From assembly GCF_006345805.1 (NCBI RefSeq), contig NW_021826936.1, positions 1 to 11,572 of the forward strand: a stretch of DNA of 11,572 nt, given 5' to 3'. The stretch comes from Octopus sinensis. Its lineage: Eukaryota. This document shows, piece by piece, positions 8,101 to 11,572 of this stretch. How positions within the stretch are numbered: the stretch's first letter is position 1; each line of letters starts with the position of its first letter. Under the pieces are notes generated by a model. That model was not told the DNA's origin and did not search any database. It worked only from the letters and a program-made list of their open reading frames with translations. A program made the translations under genes and the position numbers.

Positions 8101-8320
8101 GTATATACGTCTGTATATGTTTGTGTGTCTGTTTGTCCCCCCAACATCGCTTGATAACCGATGCTGGTGTGCTTACGTTCCAGTAATCTAGCGGTTCGGC
8201 AAAAGAGACCGATAGAATAAGTACTAAGCTTACAAAAGAATAAGTCCTGGGGTCAATTTGGTCGACCAAAGGCGGTGCTCCAGCATGTCCAATCACATGA
8301 CCGAAACAAGTAAAAAAGTA
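7877..8320 (+). mobile_element. SINE family B, near full-length tRNA-derived SINE with CORE-like motif and internal (TA)n
   Basis: A box TGGCTGTGTGG (7879-7889), degenerate B box GAGCTCAGTCCC (7921-7932), and ACCTTGGGCAAGT (7943-7955), which resembles the MIR/CORE-SINE motif. Internal (TA)n at 8031-8100; tail GAAACAAGTAAAA. Four other partial or complete copies are in the window. Confidence 0.9.
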
Positions 8321-8462
8321 ATATAAAAAATCAGGCTGAAATTTAAGTAAAAATATTTGTAACTAAGCCAAGTATTCACCCTCTCTACTTTACGTGTTCG
8401 ATGACATATTCAGGAAGAGAACGTTTTAGCACATTGAAATATGTAATATTTAAAGCAATCTA

Positions 8463-8673
8463 AGGTGACGAGCTTGCAGAATTGTTAGCATACCGGTTAA
8501 AGTGCTTGGCGACTTTTCGTCTGTCTATGTTCTGAGTTCAAACTTTGCCGAGGTCGACTTTGCCTTTCATCCTTTTGGGGTCGCTATAATAATTACCAGT
8601 TGAGCACTTGGGACAATGTACTCGATTTGCCCACCTCCCTGAAATTGCTGGCTTGGTGCCACAATTTGAAACC
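8463..8673 (+). mobile_element. SINE family A, monomeric variant with a different 3' tail and a 15-bp target-site duplication (TSD)
   Basis: Head and body match 3289-3455, then a distinct tail CCCTGAAATTGCTGGCTTGGTGCCACAATTTGAAACC. Flanked by AATATTTAAAG(C/T)AAT at 8445-8459 and 8674-8688. Confidence 0.9.
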
Positions 8674-8770
8674 AATATTTAAAGTAATATAATAGTGCAT
8701 TACAAAACATTACAAAAGTACCTTAGCTATTGCAGAAAACATTGTTGTATATAAAAATTAAATATTAGTA

Positions 8771-9013
8771 TGGTGTCTGATTGTCTTGGTGTCCAATCCG
8801 TCCCTCTGATCGTCCCCCTATTGTCCTTCAGTCCCTCTACTGTCCTTGTGACCAGCCCAACTACATTTGTTCTCCTTGATGGTCGTTAACACTCGTATAC
8901 GGTCGAATTCAGGCGTTGATTTTCTTATCCCACAATGTGATGTCCAGCGTGATTCGTTCCATTTTCCGCTGGGCTACAATGAGGGCGTTAATGCTGGTGG
9001 TGTTGAGAGGCCA
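8771..9013 (-). mobile_element. RTE-clade LINE fragment (post-RT C-terminal region), inverted arm
   Basis: Minus translation WPLNTTSINALIVAQRKMERITLDITLWDKKINA*IR..VND / TIKENKCSWAGH / ..KDNRGTIRGTDWTPRQ. This matches the RTE pattern W.L..L.VAQR.MER..GI...D...N.WIR..K.WAGH..DNRWT..W.PR. Confidence 0.85.
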
Positions 9014-9209
9014 CGACAATGGACACCAAGAATCCGGCCAAAGACGTGATGGCGACATGGTCTCGCCGCCTACCTGGGGCCTACTACATGGTCCCAGCTG
9101 GACAGAGGACAGACAGCGGTGGAAGGAGTAGAGAAGCGCTCCTCCTTCAGAAGTCATGAAGAGTGGAATCAGACTTGGCACAAGAAACCGTCTGGATTAA
9201 AATAAGCTT
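9011..9209 (+). mobile_element. RTE-clade LINE extreme 3' end, non-inverted arm
   Basis: Plus translation PRQWTPRIRPKT*WRHGLAAYLGPTTWSQL / TEDRQRWKE. This matches the RTE terminal RP..RW.D....W...A.DR..W motif. The 3' boundary is approximate. Confidence 0.75.
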
Positions 9210-9302
9210 ATATTAGTGAGAGTCAGCGACAAAATTAAAGAATGGGAGTTCCAGCTTGCCATATGGGACGTGGGGTAACTTTTCGAGGTATTTTTTGTTG
9301 GA

Positions 9303-9337
9303 AAAAAGTGCGTCTTATATGCCATCAAAAAACAGTA
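9303..9337. mobile_element. Solo right TIR of a Tc1/mariner (Tc2/pogo-like) DNA transposon ending at TA
   Basis: Reverse complement TA|CTGTTTTTTGATGGCATATAAGACGCAC resembles Tc2-group termini (CCGTATTT...TATAAGACGCAC, from recall) with a TA target. No partner TIR is seen. Confidence 0.5.
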
Positions 9338-9855
9338 ATTAAAACTAGTTCTTACGGGCAATATACTCTCGAGTACGTACAACAAACAAAATGAAGAACC
9401 GGGCTAAAATTTAAGCTAGAAGCCGAAATCAGACCCAGTAAACTAATTACAACCTTTAGAAAAATCAACGTTTGCGAGAGCCATGAAACGGAGTACCGTG
9501 CGCCATCTTGAATTGCCGGCATGTTTATCATTACAGACTCATATGGTCGTTTGTTTTATCGAACATTCGGGAAACGTAAACTAACGAAAATGCTGGCTGT
9601 GTACGCACACACACATACACAAGCATAATCATATATATATACGCACGCACACACATACATACGTTCATACAATCACACACACACACATTTTGAGTACTAT
9701 TTCCATGACTAATATTTCTGTTCACCTCTTCGACTATTTTTTAAAATTCTGCACATTTTCGTTCCTTTGTATTTTTGTGCTTTGCATCCTTTTGTTTCTA
9801 CTCTCTCACTTTCTAACATACACTCACACATACAAACATAAATGCATACACGCAG

Positions 9856-9893
<38 letters not shown>

Positions 9894-9983
9894 GAGTGGA
9901 TATTTTGAGTTAGCATCTCTATATGTGCATGTTATTGTAATTTGGGGTCGGCATATGTTTCTACACGTTATGCATGTATTTTC

Positions 9984-10350
9984 GTATGTATGTATGTATG
10001 TATGTATGTATGTGTGTATGTATGTATGTGTGTATGTATGTATGTATGTATGCATGTATGTGTGTATGTATGTATGTATGTATGTATGTATGTATGTATG
10101 TATGTGTGTATGTATGTATGTATGTATGTGTGTGTGTATGTATGTATGTATGTATGTGTGTATGTATGTATGTATGTATGTATGTATGTATGTGTGTATG
10201 TATGTAGGTATGTATGTATGTATGTATGTATGTATGTGTATGTATGTATGTATGTATGTATGTGTGTATGTATGTATGTATGTATGTATGTATGTATGTG
10301 TGTATGTATGTATGTATGTATGTATGTATGTGTGTATGTATGTAGGTATG
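9984..10350. repeat. (TATG)n microsatellite with TGTG/TAGG interruptions
   Basis: Direct reading; explains ORFs 9892-10397. Confidence 0.97.
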
Positions 10351-10654
10351 TATATATGTATTATATATGTATGAGTGGGGAGAGGGAGCTAAAATGAAGT
10401 ATGTAGGTCATACCGATAGATACATTAGTTTCTTGATTAATACATTTGGAATATCGATTTTATTGGTACTGGAATTAGTATTTAGTACTATGGTGCTCCC
10501 TCCCCCCCTCTCTCCCCCCTCCCCCTCTCTTATCTTTCTTTTATTCCCGTCTTGCACCAACCTCCGTTTCTTTCTACTCCCGGACCGTTTCTGCACTCTA
10601 CTGCTACTGAAATAATAAGTATCGATTAGACATATAACCTTTCAACGTATTATC

Positions 10655-10790
10655 CTTTGTTTTTTTTTTGTTGTTTTTTTTTTGCTTTTTTTGTTTTTTT
10701 TGTTTTTTGTGGTTTCTTTCTTGTGGGGGGAGGGTACCTACTTTTTTCTATTTTTTAATTTTTTTATTTTTTAAAATTTATTTTGTCTTT
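10655..10790. repeat. T-rich low-complexity tract
   Basis: Direct reading. Confidence 0.85.
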
Positions 10791-10863
10791 CATCGGCGGT
10801 TCGGATATTTTCGATCAGCTCGTTCTCTAGTCGTCGTCTTCAGGTGTCATATTTGGTCTTTAA

Positions 10864-11145
10864 ACACACACATACACACACACACACACACAAATACAGA
10901 CACACACACATGCATACGCATATACATAGATACACACACACACACACACTCATATACATAATATATAATATATTTACTATTCACACATAGCTACATATAT
11001 ATTTAAATATGTACCCATATATATATATATATATATATATACGTATATATATATATATATTTATATATGTGTGTGTGTTTATGCATATATGTACGCACGT
11101 ATATATGTATGTATGTATGTATATATATATATGTATATATATATA

Positions 11146-11192
<47 letters not shown>
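10864..11192. repeat. Compound (CA)n and (TA)n microsatellites
   Basis: Direct reading. Confidence 0.92.
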
Positions 11193-11193
<1 letters not shown>

Positions 11194-11474
11194 GTATGTA
11201 TGTCAGTATAACAGACAGACCTAAAAAATACGAAGCGTTCAGAGGGCACCTCATTGATGCGGGCGCATATAACGACGTAAGGACTTTGACAAAGCTAGCT
11301 GACTAATTGATCGATCGCTTGATTGATTGATTCATTGGCCGAATGATTAATCAAATAATCGATTAGGTAATTAGTTAAATAGTTAACTACTTAACTACTT
11401 ATACTAAAAGAAGCGAAATGGAACTAATGTATATGTGTTCAATATTGACATAATGTTGTTCCTGATGTAATTTA

Positions 11475-11518
11475 TATGTATATATGTATGTGTGCGTGTG
11501 TATACATACATACATACA

Positions 11519-11572
<54 letters not shown>
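11475..11572. repeat. (TG)/(CATA)n/(TA)n microsatellite to the window end
   Basis: Direct reading. Confidence 0.92.

Noticed and set aside
7860-8340. TSD around the plus-strand family B SINE
   Set aside because: Only a 5-nt ATCAG match was found, which is expected by chance.
2699-10350. (CATA)n and (TATG)n tracts as TIRs of a large element
   Set aside because: They are common microsatellites with no shared unique flanks, TSD or transposase.
10800-10850. Minus-strand CTGAAGA...GAAA hammerhead-like words and the short peptide RRRLENELIENIRTADERQNK
   Set aside because: There are no convincing stems I and II. The peptide is bounded by stops with no good splice signals or recognisable homology.
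11205-11283. Possible micro-exon ([21 protein letters not shown] followed by GTAAGG)
   Set aside because: A donor-like word is present, but there is no pyrimidine tract before the AG and no recognisable protein.
1079-11306. Numerous ORFs of YI, MYVC, HTYI, poly-T, poly-Y, poly-P or poly-H composition
   Set aside because: They are translations of stop-free microsatellites on overlapping frames and both strands, with no protein-like content.

Overview
AT-rich, microsatellite-dense eukaryotic intergenic or intronic DNA. The SINE and LINE complement suggests a cephalopod (Octopus-like) genome; this is an inference. No intact host gene is supportable, and almost all listed ORFs are translations of (TA)n, (CATA)n, (GGT)n or (TAG)n repeats. 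The real content is layered mobile DNA. (1) The 5' part of a frameshifted Penelope-like retroelement (PLE) ORF on the minus strand (1-647), with a tRNA-like sequence upstream and, across a (TA)n tract, a co-oriented module carrying a minimal hammerhead ribozyme with a variant core (1466-1500, minus). (2) Two Dong/R4-type non-LTR restriction-like endonuclease (RLE) fragments. (3) An RTE-clade LINE 3' fragment with a 5' inversion resembling twin priming. (4) Two tRNA-derived SINE families (one partly dimeric, one carrying an internal microsatellite) that share a hairpin module and form nested, chimeric and inverted arrangements. (5) A solo Tc2/pogo-like terminal inverted repeat (TIR).
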